NCBI RefSeq assembly: GCF_009914755.1
Contig: NC_060938.1
Length of the DNA stretch: 64,000 bases
From: the human T2T-CHM13v2.0 reference genome, Homo sapiens
Strand: one strand, 5' to 3'
Part shown: positions 1 through 27,843 of the stretch, piece by piece
Position numbering within the stretch: position 1 is the stretch's first letter
Layout: the number at the start of each line of letters is the position of its first letter
The notes under the pieces: model-generated
Told to the model about the DNA's origin: nothing
Seen by the model: the letters and a program-made list of their open reading frames with translations, nothing else
Database searches by the model: none
Made by a program: the position numbers and the translations under genes

Positions 1-1869
1 AATAAATACGTAAATAAAGGTGTGTCAAGCTGGGCAACGTGTGACTACTTACAATTCCGTTAACATGATTAGTTCAGTTGTCTCTAAAAGAGTACCCCCA
101 AATTCCCTCACTCGGTAGGTAAAGTTTACTTGTGTCTGGGAACTTCTCTGTTGTAATACATCGGGAGTTTTATGAATACATAAAAAACAACAGCAGGGAA
201 ACTGGGAGCTAGGTCTATAAAGAAGAGGTCTTCCCCCATTTTTGCTCTTCAAATTTATTTGATAAAATTTTATACGGTGCTGTGGGGGAAGGAGGCTTTT
301 GTCTGAAAGATCAGGTTTCTTCAGAGGATGATCTAGGGCCAAAATCTACCTAGTCAAAGGGAAAACGATCTGGGGTACAAAAGTCAAGTCAGTTCTGGAC
401 AGACCCCAGAAGGTTTATCATAAAATGATCACAGAAGACCTTTCTCTTTGCTACCCCCAAATTGGACTGTACGCCCCATGTCACTTCCGAAGGTTACTCG
501 CGAAGACGGATGCTTTGCCAAGATCCCAGAAGTTTCTGGCGAGCTGCTCACGGACACAAATTAGAAAGACATTCAGGGACCGACCTGGGTGAAGCTAAGC
601 GCCACGTCCAGCGCTGGGTTCCCCCTTCATCCCTCCCAATATAGGAAAAGGGACAGAAGAGGGCAGCAGCCAAGCAGGAACGCCCAATCAGCCGTCTTCA
701 CCCCCCCTCCCCTGAGCCAGGTTTCGGGGAGCCGCCCCCTAGCCCTCACGTAGGCCCATTCCCACCCGCCCCTGCCCTGGGCCCGCGACCCCAGGGAGGA
801 GGGGACGACGGCGGCGAGCGCCCCCACCGGCAGCAGGCGCACCTCCCCAGGGGCAGCTGTCGCCGCGGCCCGCGGGGCCCGGGCCTCCCCGGGAGCAATA
901 GGCTATCGATTCAGCTGCCTGTCGCTAGGAGCCCCGGGAGAGCGAGGCCTACACCGCCCGGCCGGAGCCCCGGCCTCGATTTCGCCACTTTCCCCAAACC
1001 AGAGGGAGAGCCCGGGGGCAACCAGGCCCGTCTGGGCGAGAGGGAGGAGAAGCAGAGACCACTTGCAACAGCGGCCGCGGGAAACGGGGTGCGGGGCGCC
1101 GGGCTCCCGCCAACAAGTCTCCCGGGGGTCCCCCACCCTACCGCCTGCCTCGCAAGTTGCGCATTCAAGTTCAGGCTGGTGCCCTTTAGCCTCCACAGCC
1201 CTCGCCACTCTCGAAACTGTATTAAAAACAAGACGCAGAAGAGGCCACAACCGAACGAAAGGCGATGGTGCTGGGCCTCTAAGAGCGCCGAGGGGGGCGG
1301 CCCACAGCGACCCTACCGCCCCAGTCACTTCCCCTCTGCAGACCCCGCCAGCCCCCGGGTCGCAGCCCCCGGCCCCTCGGCGTCCGGGTCTGTCACCGCC
1401 CGCTTCCCAGCCCCAAGACCCCTTTTCCTTAACGCCGGCGACGGGGGCTTCAGCTCCCCCTTGCCTCCGGCGCTCCTCGGCCTCCTCACCCTCCACATCC
1501 CCAAAATGCCCCCAGCACCTTTTAAAGTACGCGGAGGAAGAGTTTGCCGTCAAACTTTGTCGAGCGGTAACCTCGCCCCCCTCCCCGACCTACACTTTCA
1601 GGGCAGGCATCAGGAGAGATCACTTTGCACTTGGGATAAAGCGAATTAAGGAGCTGTCAACCATTTTAGGTCTTTTTTATAGAAGACATCCTCTCCTTCC
1701 CCTCCCCCTGCAATGGTTTTAATTTGACACCAAACCTTCCCACCGCAGAAGGGGGTAGAGAAAGGGAGGGGGTGGGGACAGAGGGCAGGAGGAGGGTGAC
1801 GGGGGAGAGCGAGAGGGGGAGGCTGGGAGGGTGCGGGGAGGCGCGGGGAGGGGAAGGGGGTTGATTTAC

Positions 1870-2083
1870 CTGAGACCAGCCACTGGCCTCCATTGTTGGA
1901 GAATTCAATGGCATTGACACAGCCGAAGTGGCCGAGGAGGTCCTTCTTGTAGAGGTTTCTGCAGCCCCGCAGGCGTCTCCTCTGAAAGTCCTGAGTGAGC
2001 AGGGGGTCCCCATGCAAGCCCCGCTGGGACAAGAAGCCCACCACTGACCTCATGCTGCCCCCCAGGCCAGCTCTCCTCTTCAT
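1870..2083 (-). CDS. DCAF5: DCAF5 (WDR22) first coding exon, residues 1-71; DDB1-CUL4 substrate receptor, start of WD40 repeat 1
   Basis: Translation MKRRAGLGGSMRSVVGFLSQRGLHGDPLLTQDFQRRRLRGCRNLYKKDLLGHFGCVNAIEFSNNGGQWLVS matches the DCAF5 N-terminus as I recall it, with a WD40 GH motif (LLGHFGCVNAIEFS). Donor CAG|GTAAAT at 1870/1869; 214 nt = 71 codons + 1 (phase 1). The rest of the gene lies left of the window. Confidence 0.97.
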
Positions 2084-2090
2084 GCTGGAA

Positions 2091-2117
2091 CCGCCGCCGC
2101 CGCCGCTCGCGCCGCCG
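2091..2117 (-). repeat. Interrupted CCG/GGC trinucleotide repeat just upstream of the DCAF5 ATG
   Basis: (CCG)5-CTCGCG-(CCG)2 on the + strand, 7 nt from the start codon. Confidence 0.85.
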
Positions 2118-2193
2118 CCCCTCCCTCGGCCTCACGCGCGGCCGCTGCTCCCCCCACCCGGCCCTCCCCCCGCGCTGCGATCCGGATGGTTCT

Positions 2194-2205
2194 TTAACCA
2201 GCCAT
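2194..2205 (-). other. Three-codon uORF (Met-Ala-Gly-stop) in putative DCAF5 5'UTR
   Basis: Minus strand reads ctgccATGGCTGGTTAA: strong Kozak (-3 G, +4 G), stop 110 nt upstream of the DCAF5 ATG. Requires a TSS upstream of 2205. Confidence 0.6.
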
Positions 2206-3108
2206 GGCAGGCAGAGCGAGGTGTGCAGACACTCGGCGGCGTTCGCGGCTTCCTGACGGTCCCCTCCCTCTCCTTCCCCCCGAGGCTCCTCCCTCTGCCT
2301 CTCCGCCTCCTCCAGCAGCTGATCCTCAGCTGCCGCCGCGCTTCCGCGATGCGCGGCCCTTCCGCCGGCTGCGGGGCCCCGAGAACGCGGCGTCGGCGCC
2401 CCTCCCCTCCGCGGGGGGCTGGCCGGAAGAACGCGGGCGGCCGGCCCGGAGACCACGGGCGCCGGCTGCTTTCCCAGTTGAGCCGCTTCCCGCCTGGGGA
2501 CCTGGGTGGCGCCGGGCGGAGACCCCTCTGCACCCCAGCGCCCCGCACTCCGCGGAGTTGAATGCGCGTAACAATCCGAGTGGCCGCCGGGCTTTGGCTC
2601 GCCTTCCTCCCGCGGGGACCCGCGGGCCGGCTGCTGCCCGGAGGCCAGCGCCCGTACGAGTTCGGGGAAAATGCGGCTGGAGTGGGGGAAGGTGCGGGCG
2701 GGGGCTCCGGCCCTCCTTCCTCTGCTGGCCTCTGCCTTGGGCAGTCCGGCCCTGCCCGAGGCGGGGGAACCGGGAGGTAGGGCCGCACACTTGGAGGAAC
2801 GTTGCCTGGGGGTTTTGTTCGCGCACCCGCCCCTTCCCCTCTCCCGGTAAATGTTTAACACCACCGCTCATCCCCAAGTCCAGTTCTCTAACTCTTCCTT
2901 CCTCCGGTCCTTTAGTTGAAAAAGGCTAAATTGTTCCGTCTGGCAGATTAGAGTGGTACATGGGGGGAAAGAGAAAGGGATAAAGAAGTAGGAAGAAAAT
3001 TGCCAAAACCGAGTTGATGAAGTCCCGAGAAGCACGAGGTACTTCTCTCCGTTCCAGATAAATTTGCACGACACAAGAAGCGTGATTTGAAACTAACGAT
3101 ATATGTTA

Positions 3109-3480
3109 TTTAATTGGGTTCGGTGAGCTCCTCTTAAAGGTCTCGAGTGGGGAGCACTGAGGTTGGACAGCTGTTAACCAGCAGCTGCGCTCCAGGCCAG
3201 AAGTGGCTGCACTTCAGTAGGATGGGAGTCACCGCGTTGACCCTAGTGGGTGTTAAATGCTTTGGAATTCTACCAGATACAGTTAAAAGTCCCCTTTTCG
3301 ATGTATTATAGTACTTTTCCTGGAAGCTATCCTCTGTCATTAAGTGGTAATAAGCTACTGAAATAGGCACTTGTCAGTTTTGCCCTTTCAAGTTAGCAGG
3401 AATTACATCCTCTGGACCAGAGATGGCACAGGAGCAGTTGAGTAGAATCATCATTGAAAGATGGGCTGTACATCTCTGAT
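3109..3480 (-). pseudogene. Candidate terminal pseudo-exon
   Basis: TTATTTTCCCCAG acceptor at 3481; one frame runs 115 codons to TAA at 3134 with a single internal TGA (3374-3376); ATTAAA at 3109-3114. Confidence 0.5.
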
Positions 3481-3969
3481 CTGGGGAAAATAATAATAAT
3501 TTTTTTTAAAAAAAAAGATCGGCTGAACATGGAAGAGGTTTACCCGTCAAACAAAATTATTTACTTCTACTTTTTGTTCAGTGACAATACGATTAATCGT
3601 ACTAATAACAAATATGCAAATGTTTCATATAAAAGTACATATTCTAGCAAACATTACTAAACAGAAACCAAATTCCATCAGAACTTGGGGAAAAGGGCAA
3701 AAAATAAATAAATTTTTAAAAGAAAGAAATCAAATTCCAAAAATGTGAATTTTAATGGAATATTGTTCCCCTAAATAGGAAACTATGTGGTACTTAAAAG
3801 GTTTTATCCTCAGGATGCCTTCTAATAATCCTTTGTGTTTATTCATTATAATCACCACCTAAAAATTAGTAGCAGTATACCAGCTTTATTAAAGATGTAT
3901 AGCACCAAACATCCTTCTGTCATTGCAATGTCAAAATGTGTAATTAATCATTTATTTTTGTGATGATAT

Positions 3970-4098
3970 GAGTCTCCCCACTCTGCTGTAAGTTCTCTGA
4001 GAGCAGGGACTACGTCTGTTCTGCTCAAGGGTGTATGCCTGGAGCCAGTACTTGCTGGCACTAGTGGCCGCTTTAATACTTGCTGAATTCATGAATGT
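3970..4098 (+). mobile_element. L2 LINE 3' end fragment
   Basis: CTGTAAGTTCTCTGAGAGCAGGGACT...TTGCTGAATTCATGAATG resembles the L2 3' terminus. Confidence 0.6.
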
Positions 4099-4625
4099 AC
4101 TTAGGGAGTGGGGAGGAGTTTGAAGGGAAAGGTCGTGCTTTCCGGTTTGGATATGTTGAGTTTGACCTGTTTCATTCCAGTGGAATCCACTTGTTCCAAG
4201 GCCAGTTTCCCTGCTCACTGTTCCTTTGCTTGGCATACTCAGTCCACACATTCAAAACCCCCTCTAACTTCTTCCAGTTAATAGGCCATCATTTATACCT
4301 ATTTGCCTGGGGTGGGGGAGATTTGTTCGAAGTGGCCTTTACTGTGGCAGTGTATAATACGCATCCTCCTCTGCCCTCTTAAGCACATACCCCCTTTACA
4401 GTTTTTACTGAATTCCTGGGAAAATTGTCCCATTTACCTCAGCATAAAAATAGACCAGCATCTGGTCACATGCCAGCCCAAATCTAGGACTTTGCTGGAA
4501 ACTTCCTTAACTGTTGGGTGACCAACAGTGACAGAAAGGTAGGACCACCTAGTCTGTTTATATCCTACTGCTAGTCTGGCCAGATTTTTATAAGCCTGAA
4601 TGAAATATCTTCCTATTCCTATAAT

Positions 4626-4790
4626 TAAGAGTTGTCGGATAAAATGGAGGATACCCAATTTGGTATGAATTTCAGATAAACAATGAATGTTTAAGTATAC
4701 CCCATGAAATATTTGAGATATACTAATATTGTTTATTTGAAACTCGAATTGGGCATCCTGAATTTTTTATTTGCTCAATCTGGCCACCTA
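4626..4790. mobile_element. MER53-like hAT MITE
   Basis: Ends TAAGAGTTGTCGGATAAAAT...ATCTGGCCACCTA, internal GAATTTCAGATAAACAATGAA, degenerate 8-bp TSD CCTATAAT/CTTATAAC. Confidence 0.7.
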
Positions 4791-4928
4791 CTTATAACCA
4801 ACTTCAAAAGATGAAACTCCATAATATCAATTTGCTTTTACTAGGAATTTAACATAGTCCCTTGTGTCATTTATTGCAAACTAATAATATGGTACATAAC
4901 TACCTACCACAAACTTTTTTTACCACAC

Positions 4929-5076
4929 CTGTAACAAAATTGCAATACCACAAACATTTAATCAGCTTTGATGACCACATGAGCTTTGTGTTTTTCATAT
5001 AGGCATTTATAGTGAAAAGGCCAGTGTACTTAGCTTTAAAATAGCAAATGAAATTACTTCTGAGTAAATTGAACCA
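4929..5076 (-). pseudogene. Pseudo-exon N, 148 nt (frame ambiguous)
   Basis: CATTCTCTGCAG acceptor after a long pyrimidine tract; donor CAG|GTGTGG; one frame is fully open (WFNLLRSNFICYFKAKYTGLF...). Confidence 0.5.
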
Positions 5077-5169
5077 CTGCAGAGAATGTATGGAGGAAGA
5101 GGGAGAAGAGTGAAAAACTCATATTTTTCTTTCCTAAACCCAGAAACTTATGTGTATTAACATTCATAC

Positions 5170-5342
5170 TTAGGAAGCCTTGAAACACTGATTTGGAAAT
5201 TCATTCTGGAAAAACAAAGATATGGAAATTGCTTAACCCAAGAACTCTTAATTGCTTCACCATAGGTTGAATACTGGTCAAATGTAGAATTCCCAGAAAT
5301 GTATTTACTCTTTGACTTCTATTTTGTTTGACTCCAATATTG
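5170..5342 (-). pseudogene. Pseudo-exon M, 173 nt (frame ambiguous)
   Basis: TTCCTTACTCTATCTTCAG acceptor, donor AA|GTATGA; two frames have a single stop each; 93-nt intron follows. Confidence 0.55.
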
Positions 5343-5419
5343 CTGAAGATAGAGTAAGGAATCTTTAAAAACTGATTGAATGCTAAGGAAATGCTCAAAC
5401 ATTAGAAACTGTGTTTTTA

Positions 5420-6225
5420 AAATTTATTTATTTATTTTGAGACAGGGTCTGACTCTGTCACCCAGGCTGGAGTGCAATGGTGTGATCTTTGCTCAGTGCA
5501 GCCTTGACCTCCCAGGCTCCAGTGATTCTCCTACCTCAGCCTCCTGAGTAGCTGGAACTACAGGTTCACACTGCCACACTCAGCTAATTCTTGTATTTTT
5601 TGTAGATGGGGTTTCTCCATCTTGCCCAGGCTGCTCTCAAACTCTTGGCTCAAATGATCCTCCAGCCTTCACCTCCCAAAGTAAAGGGATTACAGGCATG
5701 AGCCACCTAGCCTGGCTGTTTTTTTGTTTGTTTGTTTTGTTTTTTTAACTGAGAAAATACTAAGCCCTTCTGAAACTTTTATTAAATCTTAGCATATTGA
5801 GTACTACATATGGATACTAATATGCTCAGAAATGTTTTATTCAAAATATTTTCAACTTTAAAATAAACCACTATTCATAAAAAGAGATGTTAATTCATGC
5901 AGAGATCAATGCCTCAAATATACATATGATTTAACTGTAACATTTATTTTTAACTTTTTAAAGACAGGGTCTCTCTGTTGCCCAGGCTGGAGTGCAGTGG
6001 TAAAATCATAGCTCACAGCAGCCTGGAACTCCTGGACTCAAGTGATCCTCTCACCTCAGCCTCCTGAGTAGTTGGGACTACAGGTGTATGCCACCATGCC
6101 TGGCTAATTTTTTAAAAAGTGTTTTACCATTTTGTTGCTCAGGCTGATCTTGAACTCCTGGCTTTAAGCTATCCTCCTTGTCCTCCCAAAGTGCTGTGAC
6201 TACAGGCATGAGCCACCTCGGCCTG
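5420..6225 (-). mobile_element. Two AluJ-like elements (5420-5717, 5945-6225)
   Basis: Antisense Alu consensus, diverged. Confidence 0.85.
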
Positions 6226-6365
6226 TCAACATTTAAATTTTAAAAGGTAAATTATTTATTGGTCATCTCAAATAGACAACAGTCACTTTTAATGTTGGGG
6301 AGAAAAGAAACTGATTTACTTAAATTTGTGTTCTTCCAGCAAGATCCATAGGACATATAGCTTTT

Positions 6366-9900
<3,535 letters not shown>

Positions 9901-9909
9901 TGTTTACTC

Positions 9910-15435
<5,526 letters not shown>

Positions 15436-15554
15436 CCACATTTATAGATCAGGCATATGGAAATGAACTTGAAAATGTAGGTAAAACTGGCTTCATCCCA
15501 CTGTAGGAGAGGCAAGTCAATTCAACTGCCACTGGACAGAATTTACTTGCATGT
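15436..15554 (-). pseudogene. Pseudo-exon L, 3' end replaced by L1 block (possible remainder at 6320-6363)
   Basis: TTCTTATCTATAG acceptor; continues in phase as RHASKFCPVAVELTCLSYSGMKPVLPTFSSSFPYA*. Fragment LYVLWILLEEHKF-AA|GTAAAT lies on the far side of the L1 block. Confidence 0.55.
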
Positions 15555-15651
15555 CTATAGATAAGAATTATTTTGCACTCTGCTGTCAGTTATTTACAAT
15601 TTACAGAGTTGTAAAATACCTCACAAGCAATAAAAGGGTAGAATCAGATAC

Positions 15652-15743
15652 CTTGGAAAGGTGTGCTCTAAAGAATGTATAGTTTTCCCCTGGAAATACC
15701 AGTTACATTTTTGCTTATTCCAAATTTCCTTACACTTCTCATC
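15652..15743 (-). pseudogene. Pseudo-exon K, 92 nt, phase 0 to 2
   Basis: Open frame DEKCKEIWNKQKCNWYFQGKTIHSLEHTFP; donor AAG|GTATCT; 97-nt intron to the next exon. Confidence 0.6.
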
Positions 15744-16020
15744 CTTGAGGTATGTGAAAATTGAGAGCATAAAAAGCTACCGTTTAGGTGAGCAAAAGGG
15801 AAAATGTCTTTAAGAGACTGCCAGATTTTAATAAAGGTAAGAAATTGGGGGAAATGCTTGAGAATGGCAGGGGCTTTTGCAGGTTATGGATCATTAGTTC
15901 CAGAGAACACAGTGGAAGAATTTGGAAGGGGAGGGAAGGGAAGGTAGGATGAGGCTGGGAGAGAAGTAATGTTGTAGGGAATATTATAGGCATAATAATT
16001 CATTCAGATGGCAATTCTTG

Positions 16021-17181
<1,161 letters not shown>

Positions 17182-17223
17182 CATTCGAACAATGATCTCT
17201 ACATTATTGAATCACAAACTTAC

Positions 17224-17301
17224 CTTTAAATATTTTTCAACATGCACCCTAAGTTATTCATACATTAGAAGCATGTAATACAGTCCTAATATCTTGTGTA
17301 C
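17224..17301 (-). pseudogene. Pseudo-exon J, 78 nt, phase 0 to 0
   Basis: VHKILGLYYMLLMYE*LRVHVEKYLK; perfect donor AAG|GTAAGT. Confidence 0.6.
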
Positions 17302-18214
17302 CTTTTAAAATGACAAAAATGTTTTAAAGTTAAAGGACAAAATGATGATGCTGCCGAAATAAACTCAGTATTTTAAAAAATATAACATTTTGTGTATGAT
17401 GGCCCTATCTTGCCCTACAAGCCAGGCCCTACTTTGGGAATAGGCGTCATCCATTGACTTGGGGTGGCAGGGCCCAGTGGTCTGCTTCTAACTAGATTTG
17501 TCTGACACCTACTTTGGAGTCCATATGTGTTTGTCAAGCCAAATACCTGTTTTCTGTACTTCTCAAACTTGTGGAAGAGGCCTCAGGCACTTATCTCCTC
17601 AGCTTTTTCTAATCCAAGTATTCTTTGGCCCTGCTGAAGCCCTGGAGGGTCCTGTGGATCCAGCTGGAACTGGCCAGAACAGGCTTACTGAGGACTGTGT
17701 AGCCTTCAGTGTCGGAGGTTCATTTTCCTGGCCCCCAAAATCCTCTAGTGGCTGTCAGTGCAGTCTAACCCTGGCCTGACTGTCCCTCCAGCCTGGTACC
17801 ATTTTACCCCACCCACACTCACTCTGCCCCCAGTATATCCTGAGGCCTCAGACCTAGCCTTCCTTCCTCTGTACAGAAAGCCTCTTCTCCACCCACCCGA
17901 ACCGGGACACCATTGTATGGACCCACCTGAAGTGTTCCAGAGAAGACCACCTGTACTGATTGACAGACCTGAGAGAAGTGAACAGCTTTCCCACTGGAGG
18001 GTGATGCCACCTGGGCTGGTTCTAGTTAAAAGCCGGTGGCCTCGTGTTTGCTAGCAGCATGGGGTCACATGGAACTGACAGAGAAAGACTCTTATGGCCA
18101 TTTTGGCCCCCTTCCCTGCCAGCACGTGGCAAGAGAGCCCCTAATATAAATGTAAGTGCATCTGCATGTGTGTTGGTGTGTGTGTGTTTGTTGCATTATG
18201 TTTATTTTATTTAC

Positions 18215-19390
<1,176 letters not shown>

Positions 19391-19494
19391 AATTTCAAAG
19401 GCTTGTTTCTATGATCTGTTTAGCTTATTACTTGATGGAAATAAACCTGACAAAAATATGAACTCTAAATGGAGGAATTATTGTCTAGGCTTAC

Positions 19495-19589
19495 TCAATA
19501 ATGAAATTGGTTTTTCAATTTCATTCACCAATTTGTGAAGGTTTTTACTGAAATTCAGCTAATTTTTATCTTCCATGATAGTCAGCTGT
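19495..19589 (-). pseudogene. Pseudo-exon H candidate, 95 nt
   Basis: QLTIMEDKN*LNFSKNLHKLVNEIEKPISLL; donor GA|GTAAGC. Implied flanking introns are unusually short (61 and 48 nt). Confidence 0.4.
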
Positions 19590-19650
19590 CTTTGCAATTA
19601 ATCAGAAAACACTATATTTTTATATATGAGCATTTCTATAAGTTACGTAC

Positions 19651-19778
19651 TTATATAATTTTTAGCAAAAAGTCACACCAAAATGGAAACGCTTCCAAAT
19701 ATAATTTTTCGAAATACTCTTTTGCAATAGCTTTCCAAAAAGCAATTATTTCCCCACTTGTCAAATTATCAACCCTAC
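19651..19778 (-). pseudogene. Pseudo-exon G, 128 nt (reading frame ambiguous)
   Basis: TTCCATTTCTTTAAG acceptor, donor AA|GTACGT. The phase-matching frame has 3 stops; an alternative frame is open (RVDNLTSGEIIAFWKAIAKEYFEKLYLEAFPFWCDFLLKII). Confidence 0.55.
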
Positions 19779-19956
19779 CTTAAAGAAATGGAATTTTAAA
19801 ATATTGCTTATTAGTATCTGTAAATAGCATATACTGACAGCCACATTATCATCGAAAAAGGCAACACAGTTTGAATGCTTGTCTTTTTGTCAAAGAAAAG
19901 TGCAAGTTATTTATAGATTCTATTTTTAATACTCTGACAAGAAAGACCAAGCAAAC

Positions 19957-20047
19957 CTGTGAGTGAAGTCAAACATCTTCATCATCAATCACCATTTCAT
20001 CATAGACTACTGTATTATAAAGATTCTGCTATGTAAAAGTCTTTTTT
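19957..20047 (-). pseudogene. Pseudo-exon F, 91 nt, phase 2 to 0
   Basis: CTAATTTTGTAG acceptor; KKTFT*QNLYNTVVYDEMVIDDEDV*LHSQ; donor CAG|GTTTGC. Confidence 0.55.
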
Positions 20048-20752
20048 CTACAAAATTAGCATATTGATGTCATCCCTTAGGCACAAAAAAATATAATATG
20101 GGGAAGCACCACTATCATTCCATCTGTGCTGTGGAACTCCTATGTCTCTCTCAAGATATTGAAATGACTCATAACCAGCTGGCATCCAGACCAAATAAGG
20201 ATGCCAGTGTCTATCTGCATATTAAATACTAGCAAAGGTGAACTTCTTTTAGATTTAAAAAATATAAATAGAAATCTAACATTGCCTTCCAGTGCCCTAA
20301 TGGATCATCATGCATACCCTGGACGTGCCCATCCCACTCTGCTGTGGGACCCTTGTGTTAGAAAATGGGGTCACTGGACTATTTGTACTTCATTATGGAG
20401 GAATATGAAGCCTAAATGAGGTCAGTAAATTGAAGTCAGAGAGGCCTGGGTTAGAACTTCCTAAAATGTCTCCATCATTCATCAGCTAAGTAGTCTTATA
20501 CAAACTGTATAATCACTGTGCTTCTGTTTTTACATTTGTAGAGCAGAATAATATTGTAAAGTAGAGATAATGACACCTCATGGAACTGAGAAAGGATTAC
20601 ATAAAGTAATTTTGTTAATAGGACCGTAACATCTTCTCTAAACCCTCAGAAATTGAGCATACTACCCACGCCCTTGCCCTTAGCCTTGACCTCCCCATCT
20701 GCTTCACAAGGATCATGGAAGCCATGAGTTGAGGACTCCAACCAGGTCTCTC

Positions 20753-21513
<761 letters not shown>

Positions 21514-21807
21514 TCTCCACTGCAAAACTCCTTATCCAAGTACCATCTTATCCAAGAACCATCTCATGTTATTTTCTCATTTTATCTTTAACTCATTCCA
21601 TCAGTTATCCCCACTTTCTACTACACATTAATCCACTCCAGTGCTACTAACCTTTCTCCTTAAGTTGTTAAGTTTGTCAACTGTCTCCCAACATTGAAAA
21701 AAAATTTTTTAACTTAGGTAATAAGTTAAAATTCATATTTACCCCCTCTCCCAATCCCACTCACCCTCTGAGAGGAAACCATGATTAACAGTTTAGCATT
21801 TATATAT

Positions 21808-22167
21808 TGTATTAGTCCCTTTTTACATTGCTATGAAGAGACACCCAAGACTGGGTAATTTATAAAGAATTTAATTGACTCATAGTTCCACATGGCTGGG
21901 GAGGCCTCAGGAAACTTACAATCATGGCAGAAGGGGAAGCAGGCACGTCTTAAATGGAGGCAGGTGAGACAGAGTGTGTGAAGGAGGAACTGTCAAACAC
22001 TTATAAAACCATCAGTTCTGGTGAGAACTCACTATCATGAGAACAGCATGAAGGAAACCACACCCATGATCCAATCACCTCCCACCAGTTCCCTCCCTCA
22101 ACACGTGGGGATTCTGGGGATTATAATCCGAGATGAGATTTGGGTGCAGACACAGAGCCAAACCATC
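21808..22167 (-). mobile_element. MaLR solo LTR (MSTA/THE1-like)
   Basis: TGTATTAGTCC...GACTGGGTAATTTATAAAG...CCAAACCATC; 5-bp TSD TATAT. Confidence 0.88.
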
Positions 22168-22342
22168 TATATCTACCTCATTATTTTAAATTCCTGCATA
22201 GCATAGTGTCCCATAGTCAATAAATATCTCTTGAGCACACTGTTCTATGCCCTGACGATATGGCCTTGAACAAAGATGGATAATATTCCCTGCCCTTAAG
22301 AAGCTTATATTCTAAAGGCAGTGGGACACAGAAAGCAACTAA

Positions 22343-23640
<1,298 letters not shown>

Positions 23641-23649
23641 GTTCTGCAC

Positions 23650-26430
<2,781 letters not shown>

Positions 26431-26450
26431 CCCTAGCTATAGATGTGGAG

Positions 26451-26648
26451 CTGTGGTTCTCAACTGGGGATGATTTGTTTCCCACAGTACATTTGGCAAT
26501 GTCTGGAGACAATTTTGGTTGTCACAACTTGGAGGGGAAGGTGCTGCTGGATCTAGTGCGTAGAGGTCAGGAATATTGCTAAATATCGTACAACACATGG
26601 GACATCTCCCACAAAGAATTATCCAGCCCAACATGTTGGGAAATCCTG
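26451..26648 (+). mobile_element. MER20
   Basis: CTGTGGTTCTCAACTGGGG...CATTTGGCAATGTCTGGAGACA...AAAGAATTATCCAGCCCAA. Confidence 0.85.
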
Positions 26649-26684
26649 ATCTACAGTTAACAATCGGTGGTTGGAGTTAAACTA

Positions 26685-27008
<324 letters not shown>

Positions 27009-27041
27009 CTAGAGGAAAGTAGACATCCTTCAAGTGATTAA

Positions 27042-27173
<132 letters not shown>

Positions 27174-27843
27174 TGACACAAATGATGTTATTCTAGTGCC
27201 TTTAAGGGAAGAAGGACTGCTTCTACTGGCCTTGTAGATGTTTAGAGAGTTTGGACATTGTAGAACTTCGACTTTCTTTGAGTCAACCCAATACTCCCAT
27301 TCCCAGTTTCAGCGTTATGCCCCTCCCAGTCAGTGCCCTATTTTTCACTAGAGATATCTAGCAAGGATGTGAGATCAAATTGTATTGTAACTCTGAAAAT
27401 TGCACAATTAAATTTTATGTTTGATTTTTAGAAAGATAAGTCTGGAGGTACAGGAAATAAGGAATTCTTTTAGGGCTGCTATAGAAGTTTTGTACTCTGT
27501 GACTTGAACTGAATGTTTTTTTGTTTGTTTGTTTTGCTTTTTTGCGACAGGGTCTCACTCTGTCTGTTGCCCAGGAAGGAGTGCAGTGGTGCAATCATGG
27601 CTCACAGCAGTCTTGATCTCCTGGGCTCAAGCGATCCTCCCACCTCAGCCTCCTAAGTAATGGAGACTACCAAAGAGTCTGGTACAAACCGGCCACCACG
27701 TGCAGTCAATTTTATATTTCACTATGTTGCCCAGGCTGATCTCAAACTCATAGGTGCAAGCAATCCTTCCACCTTGGCCTCCCAAAGTGTTGGGATTACA
27801 GGAGCGAGACACTGAGCCTGGCCTGAATTGAATGCTTAATAAC

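Larger units (their letters stand above)
700..3090. promoter_or_regulatory. CpG island / promoter and 5' region of DCAF5
   Basis: Very high GC and CpG density around the DCAF5 start codon, with many GC boxes; boundaries approximate. Confidence 0.9.

Noticed and set aside
1646-1869. Pro-rich continuation of the DCAF5 ORF
   Set aside because: Read-through into intron 1 past the CAG|GTAAAT donor.
627-2929. Many long overlapping ORFs (180-320 aa) on both strands of the DCAF5 CpG island
   Set aside because: Pro/Gly/Arg/Ala-rich products expected from stop-poor GC-rich DNA; no domain signal. Only 1870-2083 matches a real protein.
4626-4790. MER53 copy as a possible miR-1302-type hairpin
   Set aside because: The central palindrome is deleted or diverged (TTGAGATATACTAATA); no intact mature sequence is visible.
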